Assembly: GCA_020536535.1 (NCBI GenBank)
Contig: JAHLWZ010000864.1
Span: 4,265 to 68,264 of the forward strand
DNA length: 64,000 nt
Reading direction: 5' to 3'
Source of the DNA: Pelomyxa schiedti
Lineage: Eukaryota > Protista > Evosea
Every line of letters begins with the position of its first letter. The stretch's first letter is position 1. Position numbers and translations under genes: made by a program. The notes beneath the pieces were generated by a model, which ran no database searches, had not been told where the DNA came from, and saw only the letters and a program-made list of their open reading frames with translations. Positions 1 through 17,100 of this stretch are shown here, in pieces.

Positions 1-430
1 AATGAGATGTCTTCGACGATGAATCAAATGTGGTGTGCTTGGTTCGTGGATAGTGGCGACTTCCTGATGTGCTAGCGCTAGTTGGGGTACTAGTAGTTGA
101 GGGAGAATGGTGAGATGTGCTTCCAGATGACTGATTTGAACGGTGTTCGTTATGGCGATTGTTCTGATGGTAAATATCCCTGATCATTGTATGTCGTGTG
201 AATCCCAACCTGTTGTAGTGTCTGGATGTCACTGCCGTGAGGTAATACTTCCCATACAATGCATTTACGAACATCTTCACTTTCGTATCTTCATCCAGTG
301 GAGCTCTCAATCTTGCCACTTCTTTCTGAAATTTACTTCCAAAGTCTACAATCTTTGTCTCTTATTCCCCAGGTGTTTCCGAAAACTCCACCATACAACG
401 TTCGTAATAACGACTTTGCTTTTCCTTCAC
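1..430 (-). mobile_element. Degenerate Gag-like remnant of an LTR retrotransposon (runs off left edge)
   Basis: A minus frame is open from ~363 to position 1: TKIVDFGSKFQKEVARLRAPLDEDTKVKMFVNALYGKYY, then a Ser/Thr/His-rich tail. This resembles the Ty3/gypsy capsid C-terminal pattern (xxY/FxxRFxxLxxxL...ExxKVxxFxxGL). A stop and a frame change lie just upstream. Confidence 0.35.
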
Positions 431-643
431 AAGACCAAAAAAACTCAAACGCAACAAGACTTAATCGACACTGCCAATTCGGCAACCGCAGCAAGCCATT
501 TTTGGAGTCCAGTCGCGCAGTTGTCCAACGGGGGAGTATAAAAGCCGAAAAGAAACAGAATGGCCATTTTTTTTAAAAAAAAAACAACACTCAAACCAAA
601 CAAGAGCGTCAAATCTTTATGTACCTGTCGTACATCTACGTGT

Positions 644-802
644 TCGAGGCACAAGGTTAACGGTTTGCGACTAAGCGCAAAAAGTGGGGCTGTTCTACCC
701 AAGCGCCGTATTATTGTGCGATGTCCACCCTATAATACGGCGCTTGGGTAGAACAGCCCCACTTTTTGCGCTTAGTCGCAAACCGTTAACCTTGTGCCTC
801 GA
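644..802. repeat. Perfect 71-bp inverted repeat with 17-nt spacer (MITE-like or hairpin)
   Basis: 644-714 (tcgaggcacaagg...ccgtattat) is the exact reverse complement of 732-802 (ataatacgg...ccttgtgcctcga). The spacer 715-731 is tgtgcgatgtccaccct. Confidence 0.95.
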
Positions 803-1267
803 GCCCTTTTTTGGTTTTCTTTTTTCTCCTCCCTTGTTCCGTATGTCGGTGTCGCAGCGTTGTCGCTGTCGCTGTCGTCGTCGTTGGCTGCCTCACATTT
901 TTCTTTAATTATTTCTTGTTAGGCTTGGGAAAGATGAGTCAACCGAAGAGGTGCATGTAGTCACGGAATACGCCATCCTAGGTCCTCGGGTGGACACGGC
1001 GACAGCTGCAAGATCACGAACATAAACTTTGTTCTGGCCTTCTTGGGACATCCCAATAAGGCCAGAACAAAGTTTATGTTTGTGATCTTGCATGAGTTGG
1101 TTTGGTTCTAACTTGTTTAAAAAGCATGCCCATTCTGAATCCAACTCAAAGAAGCACTACCATTGAGAGCCACAACCCAAAATGATTGCCCCCACACTAT
1201 TGATACTATCAAAAATTTCAATTAGTCCATTCCAATTCCTTCCCACTCTTCAAACAACACTGTCGTT

Positions 1268-3194
1268 TTATTCTAGCACGTTAGGGTCGACGGCTTTGCC
1301 TTCCTTGAGTGGGATAATGATGTGAGATGCATTTCGAGCTTGTGTGACCATCGTTTTCACCAAGTGTCTGAGGTTGGACACACCGTGGAAGGTATGTACC
1401 TGTGTGGTTGTGAATTGTGGGAGAATGTGCGAAAAAATGAAAGTCAGGTCAGACCTTTCCATCATCCAGCGAGATTTGGAAGGAAGCTTTTCCCGGTATT
1501 AGTCTCAATTTCACCTTTTTTCTCCCTTAATGATGTAACAGCATGTTTCTACGTACTTGGTTTACAGACAAAATTGCCTTTAGAGGGCATGTGATATGAC
1601 TTCCACCAGTAATTAATGCTTCAAAGCATAAATAACCTGGTGTGAAACATGTTAATACTGGATTGTTAAGGAAGGCTTACTTTGACTGAGGTATAAATAT
1701 CCGGGATTCATTCCATAGGAACAAGAAAAATCTGAATGTTCTCAGTACACAACTGAAAAGCAGGAAATTACAATCAATAAGTAGCTCGGTTGCTGGAAGG
1801 TCCGGGAACCGGTCGTGAAAATCCTTAGTGTTTTAGTGTCCAGATTTTGGCCGGAAACTCTTACTTTATCTCTTGATAGGTCTTTTTTTGACCTTGTACT
1901 CTGAACCATAGTTTGTGTCTCTTCAAGCTTAGTTCGAAGAGAAGAGACTTCGGTGTGGAATTGGGCATTTTGTTGCATGAGGGCAGTTATAGTGGTTTGT
2001 GCAGTGCCGAGTTCTTCAGCCAACCGCTGCTGTTGTTCATGCGATGATGCAAGCTGTTTCTCTAAAGCTCCACGGTCGGCTTCCATACCCTGCAACCCTG
2101 GGGAGTGTCAAGTGGCATTGGAAATTTCATAACAATACGTGTTTCAAGTTGTCGTTTTGGTTCTATATCAACTTTGAGTCGCTCCAATTCGTTCTGCGAA
2201 GCACTCAACTGCTGCTTTGTTGATTCAAGTATGGCTCTGGATGCATTGAGGCCGGCGGTGGCCTCATCTAAGAGCACCTGCTTTGCACCAAGACTGGAGT
2301 GAATGCCTTGAATTTGTTGTTCACATGACACATATCGCGAATTGAGAGGGTTAAGGTTCATTTCGTATTCTGCGCGCATGCGTTGAAGTGATTGTTCCAG
2401 TTCTTGGGATCTCAGTTGGACTTGTTTTATGTCTTCAGTGCTCTGACTGCTTGAATCGGCTTGTGTGATGTTCGTTGTGCTGGGATTGCATTGGAGAGCT
2501 CCGAGCACCTCAGCAGGTGTGGAGATATTACTTAGCGGAGTTGGTGGTGGTGTGAGACTCAATGGGGGAGTTGTTTGGCATGAAGGAGTTGGTGGTTGAG
2601 GGGGTGAAACTGGTGGTGTGCCAAACTCCGGTAATGGACCATTTCTTGGAATTGATGAATCGCTCAGATTAGGTGTGGGTATCCGGGAAATAAGAGCTTC
2701 AGAACCCAGGTGCGGAGGTGTTGGTGTGGTTGGGAGGGCTGAAGAAGTCATAGATGGTGCTTGATTGGAAGAACGATAGCGCTGCAGTAGAAAAAGTTTG
2801 TTTCTGGAATCCTGCAAACTAAAAAGTGTGATATGGGTTTACCTCGAGAGTTGCATTGAGGTCTCTTATGTGCCTTTTATTTTTGGCGTTATTTGCTCTC
2901 TCCTGTTCTAAATCAAACTTGATTTTGTCAACCTCAGCAGAAAGTTTTTGTTTGTCTGCAAAACCACCAATTAACAGTTATTCTAGAAAGCATTACTTAC
3001 TCACTCAGAATGAGTTCCTTAATATCCGTGGGTACATTAGCATTAGGTTGTGATTCCTTCAACAGCTTCACTTGCATCTTTGAAAACAATTGTTAATCCC
3101 TCACCACCACTTTCAGAGGGAAACAAACCCTTAGTGCGTCAATCTCAGCATTTTTGTCAGTCAGTTCATCCCTCAGTCTTCCACCCCCAGACAT
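1268..3194 (-). CDS. Multi-exon coiled-coil protein with Pro/Ser/Thr-rich linker and C-terminal GRAM (PH-like) domain
   Basis: ATG at 3194 (MSGGGRLRDELTDKNAEIDALR). GT-AG introns join ORFs 2062-2817 and 1742-2095. The 3' exons read FSCSYGMNPGYLYLSQ-YLCFEAL...ITCPLKAILSV...FQISLDDGK-VHTFHGVSNLRHLV, matching the GRAM pattern FSC...GxLYLS..YLCF...IPLxxIxxV. Confidence 0.65.
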
Positions 3195-3298
3195 CACCGC
3201 GAAAGTGCTAACACTACAGTTGAAATTGATCGAGGGAGTTATGATCACTGATGCTCATCAGTTCTCAGACTTTGCTTTTCTCCCTCCACAGGTTTCAA

Positions 3299-5236
3299 AT
3301 GGGGCCCAGCCACGTCCAACAGGCCACGTGGCCCCCAACTTGGTCTCCGACGCTTCAAGAGGCGCACACAGAAAAAAAAAAAACCAAGGAAAATACAGAA
3401 TCACAAGAGATGCAAGCTTGGGACCAAAGAAACGGCGTAGCGTATCACGAGGTTCGGCTACCACGTGAAATCCACTTTTTTTTTAACAAGCATGTTCATA
3501 AGGTAGTGCGCGGCGACGACGGCGTTACGCGCCTGCGGCCCTGGTCATCGTCCTTTGCAGTTGACAAACCCGCAGCCGCAGCGGCCAGCTCCAACAAAGG
3601 CAGCCGCAACGGAGAAACCAGCATTGTGGGACCGTGCGCGGCGGCGGCGTGGGCGGCGTGGGCGTGGGTTGTGCGGGGCCTCTCGTCGGTGTTCCTGCCG
3701 GCTGGGTACCCTCGGTCGGTGAGCGGGGACTACATGGCGTACCAGAAGTGGGACACGCTGCAGGCGCTGTGCTCGTCGCTGTCGGGGCTGCTGGCCACCA
3801 AGGCGGTGCTCACGGGGGTGGGCGTGGGCAACGCGGAGGCCACCCCCGCCGCGGCTACTGTGCAGTGGATTGTGCGAGGCATGTACCTACCTTCCCCCCT
3901 ATTTGGGCATTATGGGTGTTGTTGTACGTATTATTATTTGTTTGTATTTATCCTCTGGAGGTTGTAGTCCCCAGAGGATTCTTTCATTGGTAAATATGTA
4001 AGGAAATGAGAATGGGGAGGAAAAGGGGGAGTTGATTGGTTTTTTCATTTACGTCTGACTCTTTTTGTGTGAAGATATGTCTGGGATGGTGAGCAGGATT
4101 GTATTTGCTTGGATGAAGGGAACGGCGTTGGATACCAATGCAAAGTCTTGGCGGTTTGTTTTTCATCACAACATAGTTCTTCTTTACCCACCAAACTCCA
4201 ATTCACTTTTAGCTTTGTAGCAGATATATTAAATGACATGGCTATGATGGTCGAACTCCTTTCTCCTCTTATGCCCTCTATTTTTCTTCCCCTTACGTGC
4301 TTTGCCTGTGTTATGCGTGCCATCGTTGGAGTCGCAGGAGGTGCCACAAGATCAGCTGTTACTATGCATCAGGTATTCATCACGTGTCTACTGTGTACAC
4401 TTACCCTTATAGGCAAGAAGAGGCAATCTTGGTGATGTATGTGCAAAAGATGCAAGCCAAGAAACTGCAGTCAATTTGATTGGTTTCCTTCCTCTTATTT
4501 AATAGCTTTCTTACATTAAAAAGGTCTCGCATTAGGAGTGCCTCTTATTCGATTCGTTGAGGATAAAATGATTGCAACGTGGCTAATCTTTCTTTGCCTT
4601 ACATTTTTGCACCTGCTGTTCAACTATTGCGCTGTGAAGTCCATTGTCATGGATACACTCAACGAGCAACGTGCGTCAATCCTCATCCAGCACTTTCTTG
4701 AAACAGGTTTTGTTCCCACCATTTCTGTTTTCATTCACTGATCTGGTATTTCCGCAGGAGATGTACTGACTCCCAAGGCCGTAGCTGAAAAAGAGAGAAT
4801 ACTTGACTTGGCTTCATTCTACCCAAGTGTTGTCATTGGAGTATCCCTATCTGAACTGTGCCCTACTGGTGATCATCAGCTCTCGGTTTTACTGCACAAA
4901 GGTGCCGCACAGGGCTACATGGCGAACTTGAGCACTCTCAAGTGGGGATTTGGATTCTTCAAGTACCCAGTTGTTGTCCTTGCATTGTGTGATGGGGCCG
5001 GAGGAGACCAGCTTCTTCGCGGTATGTTCCATGCACACTGTGTGCCTCTATCTCTGCGGAGGGGACTGAATGGCTGGTCTGCTATTGTGACTGCACATGA
5101 TACTACTCAAGAGAAGTACCAGTCATTCATGGAAGGAATGAAGTCCTCAGGCTGGAAGCAGCCCTGCCCTCTGCTTGAAACGGTGGTGGAATCCGTTCAG
5201 TGGAGAGTTCATTATGGGAAAAACAAAATGGATTGA
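3299..5236 (+). CDS. RUS1 family (DUF647, root UVB sensitive / RUSF1-like) protein, multi-exon
   Basis: VFLPAGYPRSVSGDYMAYQKWDTLQALCSSLSGLLATKAVLTGVGVG, ADILNDMAMMVELLSP, VGVAGGATRSAVTMHQ and HLLFNYCAVKSIVMDTLNEQRASILI are typical DUF647 blocks. The start codon is uncertain (3299 or 3410). Confidence 0.9.
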
Positions 5237-5445
5237 TTGATTGACACCCCGCCTGGAAAGATGTCATGTTAAATTGTTTTATTTTAAAAAAGAAAGAGCA
5301 ACCTTGTTTTATGAACCAAAACTAAAATGCCAAAATGGAGGCAGTAAGTGCCTGCGGGGCAGATCTTGCATAACAAGGCACATAATTCATATTTGACAAA
5401 AAAACAAACAACAGACGCTGTGCACCTCATTCTCTTGACCGCGTG

Positions 5446-6921
5446 ATGCATCCAATCAGTGCCGCATTAAAATCCTCTCTTGGCGGGAGTCAATGTTCAT
5501 CTCCAACAGTTCCACCGTTTCCAGCAACACCGGCAGTGATACCAAGCAACCTCGTATCTGTGCAGCGGTGTGTAGAGAAGGTCAAGGATCTGTCAGAGCG
5601 TTGTTGTCAGCAATTCACCACCCAAGGGATCGATATCTGTCGTGCGAGATCGGACTTTGACCGTCTTGTGAGGGAGCACTCTGAGCAAAATGTTACAAAA
5701 CTCGATGTGCAGAAGAAAGTGGAAAAGCTACAAGCCAACTTGGCGTCTCAGTCATCCAAGCTCTCTCAGATGTGTGGATACATTGTGTGCCCAACAACTC
5801 CGGTTCCGCAAGGTCCATGCACAAGTTCAGCAGGTTCTTTGTCCACCAGTTCCGCATCCAGCTCCTCCGAATCTAGTAGGACTCCCCTTCAAATCCCCAA
5901 AGGAGTGCTCTCTGACAATTTGGAAGTACTTGATGGTGCTGAGAGATGCCTGTCTTGTGCGGTGGATAGTTTGAGGAATGAGATGGCATACCGCACACTG
6001 TCAAAGAGGGGTGCCAAGTCCCCAGTCCCGGTTAAATCACCGCCACCGCCACAACAACAAACTGCCCATAGAGTAATAGGAATAAAGCCAAAAAAAGCAA
6101 GCAGTTCCAGTTCCAGTGAGAAGCGCAAAATTCATCTAATATACAAGAGTAGCTCATCTAGCTCCAGCAGTGATGAGAGACCTCCGAGACCAAACACGAG
6201 GAAAAGTACACCACAGAAAATACACCACCCCTTCAGCTCCAAAGAAGGCACCTCCACCTCATCGACATCCAAGGCGCCAATGTCTACTCAAGGTGGAAAA
6301 GGAATCCTTCATCCCTCCACAAGCCCGGCTCCTACTGCCACCGCAGAGACACAATCACCAAGTCCCGAGATGTTACTTGGTACGTGTGACCTCCTTCTCT
6401 CCACCGCAACGGAACTGCCAGTTCTATGTGCTAGCCTCAAGGCAACCGCTGAGCAATTGATTGAAGAACAGCGGCAACTGGTGCACAGCGGAGCGGAGAA
6501 AATTGGTGCCATAGATGCGCTCAAGAGTGACGTGGAGCAGCTTGAAAAGCTAGAGCAATCCCTTGACTCTGAACTGAAGTGGACAACACTTCGCCTGTCT
6601 CTGCTCACTGTGCCAACGTCACAGCATTCCGATATCCTGGCAGTATTATCCGACTTGGACCTTTGTAACTTGACAGCGGACTTCCAATCAACTCTCCGCA
6701 AAGTGCAGTTAGGCCAAGCCAAGGTGATGCTGTGCCGCGAATCAACTCCGTCAGTGGTGGCAGATGGTCCCAGCAACAAGTGCCTTGTATGTTGGGAGCG
6801 GCCTAAGCAAGTATTTCTTGACCCCTGCGGCCACACGCTGTGCCAAATGTGCTCAGGCATCTTGAAAATATGCCCTGCCTGCCGCGCCCCCATTGAGAGG
6901 TGTCAACCACTGTTCCTCTGA
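5446..6921 (+). CDS. Single-exon coiled-coil/low-complexity protein with C-terminal C3HC4 (IAP/MDM2-type) RING finger, probable E3 ligase
   Basis: 491-aa ORF ending CLVCWERPKQVFLDPCGHTLCQMCSGILKICPACRAPIERCQPLFL. Confidence 0.85.
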   Translation: MHPISAALKSSLGGSQCSSPTVPPFPATPAVIPSNLVSVQRCVEKVKDLSERCCQQFTTQGIDICRARSDFDRLVREHSEQNVTKLDVQKKVEKLQANLASQSSKLSQMCGYIVCPTTPVPQGPCTSSAGSLSTSSASSSSESSRTPLQIPKGVLSDNLEVLDGAERCLSCAVDSLRNEMAYRTLSKRGAKSPVPVKSPPPPQQQTAHRVIGIKPKKASSSSSSEKRKIHLIYKSSSSSSSSDERPPRPNTRKSTPQKIHHPFSSKEGTSTSSTSKAPMSTQGGKGILHPSTSPAPTATAETQSPSPEMLLGTCDLLLSTATELPVLCASLKATAEQLIEEQRQLVHSGAEKIGAIDALKSDVEQLEKLEQSLDSELKWTTLRLSLLTVPTSQHSDILAVLSDLDLCNLTADFQSTLRKVQLGQAKVMLCRESTPSVVADGPSNKCLVCWERPKQVFLDPCGHTLCQMCSGILKICPACRAPIERCQPLFL

Positions 6922-7045
6922 TTAGCATGCCGATACTTGTGTTCTGTTCTGAACCCCGTTCGAGTAACAAAAAATATTTTGAACATTTCCTGTAATAACA
7001 CCTCTAATATCAATGGAAGTCGAAATTGAAGTTCATCCAACAACA

Positions 7046-11826
<4,781 letters not shown>

Positions 11827-12042
11827 CGCCGTCGATGGCGATCTGTTAATTAATTACTTTTTCCGCGCTCCTCGACGAACGAAACGGTTTTTGTTTCTTC
11901 TGTAGTGGACAGACAGAAAGCAGGCCACTTGCTCCTTGCAAAACCTTTGGTTGTGCTTGGTGTCACAAGATATGGAAAACGACTTGTGGTACTGATATTT
12001 TCGACTTATTGTTGGATGCCCTTTCTACCTTCTTTTTCGGGT

Positions 12043-12738
12043 TCAATCAGTCCCCTTCTTGGTAGCTCTACACAGGCGCTTGTGTTGGGCCCAGTCTCGC
12101 CTCTGGCATTGTGGGGAGCAGTACCATGCCACTGAGCAGGCCGAGCATTTCTTCAAATCAACGTCCTTTCCACACCCTCCATCACATGCTGGGGTAAAAT
12201 ATTGAATGTTACTCAATTAGAAACAAATACAAGCAGCAGAAACAGGGCACCACCACATCATATTGCTTGGAACAGTGGGTATGGGTATTGGCACACCTTT
12301 CCTCACCACCAGCGGGACCTTCTCCTGAGCCGCAAAGTCCCAGGGCACCCTGGGCGCGTCCGCCCCCCCGCACCTTATGTACCCCCCCTGGATGCTCACC
12401 ACCAGCCCCGCCGCGTGGGCAAAGTCCCACCCCACCACCACGGGGCAGGCCTGCGGGCCCTCCACCACCAGCGCGTCCACGGACACCGGGGCCCGCATGC
12501 CCAGCCCCGGCACCAGCAGGTCCACGCGGGCGAGGCCGCGGGGGCGCACGGGGTCGGGCGCCGGGGGCCGCAGGAAGACGCTGCCCGGGGGCGGCGGGGG
12601 CAGGGGCGAGGGCAGCCCCGGCAGCGAGGAGACCACGCAGGTCATGGTCTGGTCGATGGCCAGGGCGCAGCCCTCGTGCTCCACCCCATTCACGACGACG
12701 TGGTTGTTGGTCCCTGTGCTGTTGGTGCTCGCGCTCAT
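12043..12738 (-). CDS. Two-exon protein: retropepsin-like (aspartic protease fold, degenerate active site) domain plus C-terminal MYND zinc finger
   Basis: Exon 1 12738-12297, GT-AG intron 12296-12189, exon 2 12188-12043. Exon 2 reads CDGGCGKDVDLKKCSACSVAWYCSPQCQRRDWAQHKRLC (MYND). Exon 1 reads HVVVNGV...ALAIDQTMTCVVS...DALVVEGPQACPVVVGWDFAHAAGLVVS. Confidence 0.75.
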
Positions 12739-13335
12739 TGTGGGCCTACCACCATACAACTAATTCACGATTTCCTGGAAAGTGATCGGATCAACAGGTG
12801 CCAGCAGCTTGGACTGACAATTCGCACCCTCATTTTTTTGTACAGTTGGGGTGTTCTTCCGTGCACAGGACGCAGTCGTATACCCAGTCAATTGAAGCGG
12901 CATTCCGAGGGAAAACTAGCTAGGGACCGTTCTGCTACCACGTCCAACTACTTGGCTCTTCAGAGCATATTTTTGTTCTTCACAGTCCAGGAACTATTTA
13001 GGTTCCCACAAGTCTTAAATCTGAAGGAAACAGGTGCAGTTCAAGACTGTGAATCCCTGCTTGTCACAGAGAAGTTTAGTCGCCACGCTTGTGAATTGGG
13101 AACACCAGAAAACAGGTCTCAATTTGTGGCTGTTCCTTAACCACACGGTGGGAACTAAATTCAGTTTTTTCCTTGGCACCAACAGTGAAGGTGTCGATTT
13201 AAAAAGGTGTTAGAGCATTCAAACCCAAACCAGTTGATTTGTCACTACTTGTGGGACCCAACTGTGCCAGCCAATCTCAGTTACTGTGCCGGTACTACCT
13301 CCATTTATGCGAAGCAACTATGGTTTTCTTTTTTT

Positions 13336-13970
13336 TTACCATTTAACAAGAAATATATCCACAAATTCAAAGTACTTGTTAGCACTTGTTGTTATTGTGA
13401 GTATTCTCCAGTCAGTGTGGGTGTTTAGCTCTTCCATTGTCTGTACAAATTTATCTGTGAGCAGTGTCTGTGTGGCGTTCCTGCTTGTTGGTGACAACAA
13501 ATTCTGCGGACTGCATTGCACATATGTGTAAGAGTTTTGATAGTTGCTTTTCAAGTGAACCCAGCCATATGTGGCTGTGGTTGCACGTGGTAGTGTAACT
13601 TGGTAGAAGTCTGCCTCATCCTGAATTGCTGATGCTTCCATTCCTGGTGGGAGCCTCAATTTTCCTGTCCTCATGAATTCCAGAATTGGTGCAAAACAAT
13701 CTGCACTCCTATCAATAAAATATGCCCCGCTTTCATCCCTTTTTTTGTAGTATGTTTAGGAATACCCACTGTGCTTGTTTGCTTGCAAATAAAAGCTCAA
13801 AAAAAGTAGATGTTTCCCACGTAGAACGCAACTACAACAAACAACCTGACAGATGGCATTCTTCCAGATAACAAGCCCGTGAAAAATGATGACCCTCTGC
13901 AGGTCAGAGTTGCCACTGACGTCACAAACAACCTCCCGCCAACATTTAGCCGCACAATGTCACTCGACAT
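13336..13970 (-). CDS. KCTD-type BTB/POZ (T1) domain protein
   Basis: MSSDIVRLNVGGRLFVTSVATLT...FFTGLLSGR, intron, then RDESGAYFIDRSADCFAPILEFMRTGKL...DEADFYQV. Confidence 0.9.
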
Positions 13971-14117
13971 TGCACTCGTTTTTCGGTTCGTCCGTTGAAA
14001 CGGTATCTACTAGGCTTCGTTTTTGTTTTGATTGTTTCGTGAACGATCAAAAGGACTGAAGTGGTGATTAAACAACATACAAAGGGAACAGTCTCTTGTT
14101 GTTTTATTTGGTGTATT

Positions 14118-17100
14118 TTATTGTTGGTGGTTGCGTCTTCTGGATTTGGGCTTCTCGCGTGCCCATTTGGTCCACTGCCGCTTGTTCTTGGTGTTGACAA
14201 CATCATAGAAATGGAACCCAATGCGGTTCTTCTTGTCCTTCTCAATCATGTCTGATTGCACATTTCTCACCTTTGTTGGCTTGGAGAAATCCCAAGCATA
14301 GGCTGGCTTCCGTGTCCTCTTGGGTCCTTTCAGCCTAACTGGCTTCTTTTCAGCTTCAGGTTCTGGGATAAAAAGATTAGTGTATTGTAATTAGTGTGTT
14401 ACGGTAATTGAAAGTGGAAAAGATACCATTTTTGGCTGGGGGTGCATATGTAACCCAGTATTCAGGGGCCGGTCCTAGAGAGAGGGTTGGAAGTGTCCCA
14501 GTAGTAATCACTTCTGATAGGTTCATGCTAGTGGCTGTGCCTTTGGATTTTTTCTTTGGTTTGTCTTCTTCAAGTATAGTTTCAATCCACGACTTTTTAG
14601 TTGATTTCCCCTTCCTTGCAGCTTTGGGTTTGCTTACGGATGTAGTTGTTGAGGTAGTGGTTGTGGTGTCCTCTGGGGTGTCAACTTCTTCTGGTTCTTC
14701 TACTTCACTTGGGGTTGTTGAAGGCACACTGCCTGAAACTTCATCATCAGGCTTCACTTTACGAGCTTTTGTTGGTTCTTTCGGGGTCTCCTTAACTCTT
14801 TCTCTTTTTACACGTGGTGGGATAGGTGAATCATCAGCCGGTGGATCATCCTCACCGGTTTGCCCTTTGCGCTTTCTTTTCCGAGATTTGAGTTCTTTCT
14901 CCGTGACTGCGTCATCACCACCTTTGTGTTCTGCAAGAACGACGAGTCCGTCATCACCGTCGTCGTCGTCGTCTTCCAGTAGCTTATTTACTGCGTGAGT
15001 GTACTTAGACATGGCATAGAGTGTACCTTCGGTTTAACTTGGTCCCAGTCAATCTCGTCGTTATCGGAATCACTGTAGTCACTGTCAGAGTAAGTCAACG
15101 ACTCTAATTTATTTTGAACTGGTCAGAAAGTGGATGGTTAAGCTTAAAATAGACCAGATGTGGGAGGTAAAAGGTTGCTGGCGCTATTAGACGGGGCAAT
15201 AATATCCGAGTCAAGGAAGTCAAATGCTGGCTGGACTTCGTTGAAATTTTGAACTGGTATTGGGACAGCTGCCTAGTTTTGTTGTTAAGTGCAGTTACTG
15301 AGGTCAGCCCTCTCAACCTTGTCAACTTTAAGCCGTGTCTTCTTTTGTCCACTTTCTTCTTCGGACTCTTTTGCCGTGGTTTGAGTGAGGTCAACAGCCT
15401 CGGCGGAAGTATTTTCCCCCACTGTGATAGGACGAGCATCAAGAGAAACCTGTTTGGCAGAAGCAGTTGAAGAATCTGTTGCAGAGTCCGCGTTTTCTTT
15501 TTTGACTGTGACACTTTCGATTCTTGTTGTCCCATCTTCTGGTGCATTTATTGTCTCCGCCTTGGCGGCCTCTGATTTTACTTCAGGTTGCTGTTGCAAC
15601 TGCTGCAATCGTTTTGGATCAATTGGTGGTGGTACAAAGTAAGGTATTTTCCCACGCTGAAAATCATTTAGAATCATTTTTGCAACTGTACCGAGATCTG
15701 GTTCTCCTTTCTAATGTATTAGGCATTGTTTATAACCGAAAATAAACCTGCAGAAGTTTTCCGGAGCGTACAGCAAGCTGGGACATGAAGTCAACATCAT
15801 CAGTCCACTGTGGTACATCGTAGGTGCGTTGGATATATTCCGGTTTTACCCTTGCCAGTAGTGCTTTGATGTGCTCTGTTGGATCCTCTAGATTTTCGAC
15901 TCGCACCACACCTTTTTTTTACCCCCAGTGAGTAAAAACGAGATCATGGAAGTATCGAATGAACCTTTCAGGACAATGTCAGACTCGGAATCTTGAGAGG
16001 GATAGATAACACCAGGGCAGTCAATGAGGAAAATACGTTTCATTAAAGTGATATATTGCCAAACCTAATAATATTGGACTCTGAAAGTACACAGCTCGAA
16101 TACCTTAGTTTCACCAGCACGGGGTGCTACTTTACAAACTTTCTTACTTCTCAAAGTGTTGATAATACTGCTCTTGCCAACATTTGGATAACCCACAAAA
16201 CCAACACTGATTTGACGCTCCTCCTGGTGCAATTTTGCAAATTGTCTAAATGTCGTCAACCCATGAAGAGAGTAAACTAAAAAAAACCTCAGTAATTGAA
16301 TAAGAGAGCCCTTCCCAAAGGGGTTGGTCATCGAGGCGTGGAACGCTATTGTGGGGTATTCCTTTGAAAGGACTTGAACCCACTCCGCCTGTAGGAAGTT
16401 ATTGGAAGTATAATACTGAAGTACGGAGGTTTACTGTTGCCCATTTTGGTATGAGATCACATTTATTCAACAACAACACGACGTGTTTATGTCGGTGATC
16501 TTTTTTAAGCATGTCTTCAAGGTACTTGCATCTTGAGGCTGTTGGGACCAACAATAAGTATTTGAATCAGTACCTTGTCCCCATGGGATCGCGTGCATCA
16601 AGTACTTGTACAATGACATCAGATGAATCAATTACCTGCAACTGTTTGAGTCCTAGAAAGAAAAATGTTTAGTCAGTACTTTCCACAATTCACCCCATAT
16701 TCTATGGGATTGGCCTTTGCTATAAATCAGTTGGCGAACTGCGGGCTTTGCTTCTTCCACTGCTTTAACATTTCTATCACTTCCCTTATCACTGTATTTG
16801 CCTTGTGTATATTAATTACCGAAAAGACGCATTCAATCATTGTAACCTTGAGAAGACTCTGCCTGTACTCGATATTCATCGAGATCCCCAAAATTCAACT
16901 TAGCTCTCTTTCTTTGAGCCTTATTACCAAAGGTGTGTGCATAACTCTCGACATCGAGTATGTGGGGTGTAGCTTCCTAGAAAGAATTTCGCATAAGATG
17001 AGAAACTAAATGAACTAAAAGGCACCTTCTCTTCGGTGGACAGAAGACCCCAAGGTAGCTTTCGGGACTTCAATAAAACAGTGTAGGGATTGTTGGTTGC

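Noticed and set aside
12202-13140. Plus-strand ORFs of 312, 172 and 128 aa
   Set aside because: Antisense shadows of the GC-rich minus-strand retropepsin-like/MYND exon; no recognisable domains.
14377-15012. Independent 211-aa gene
   Set aside because: It lies between the NOG2 core and its conserved terminal motif and is better explained as an internal exon of NOG2.
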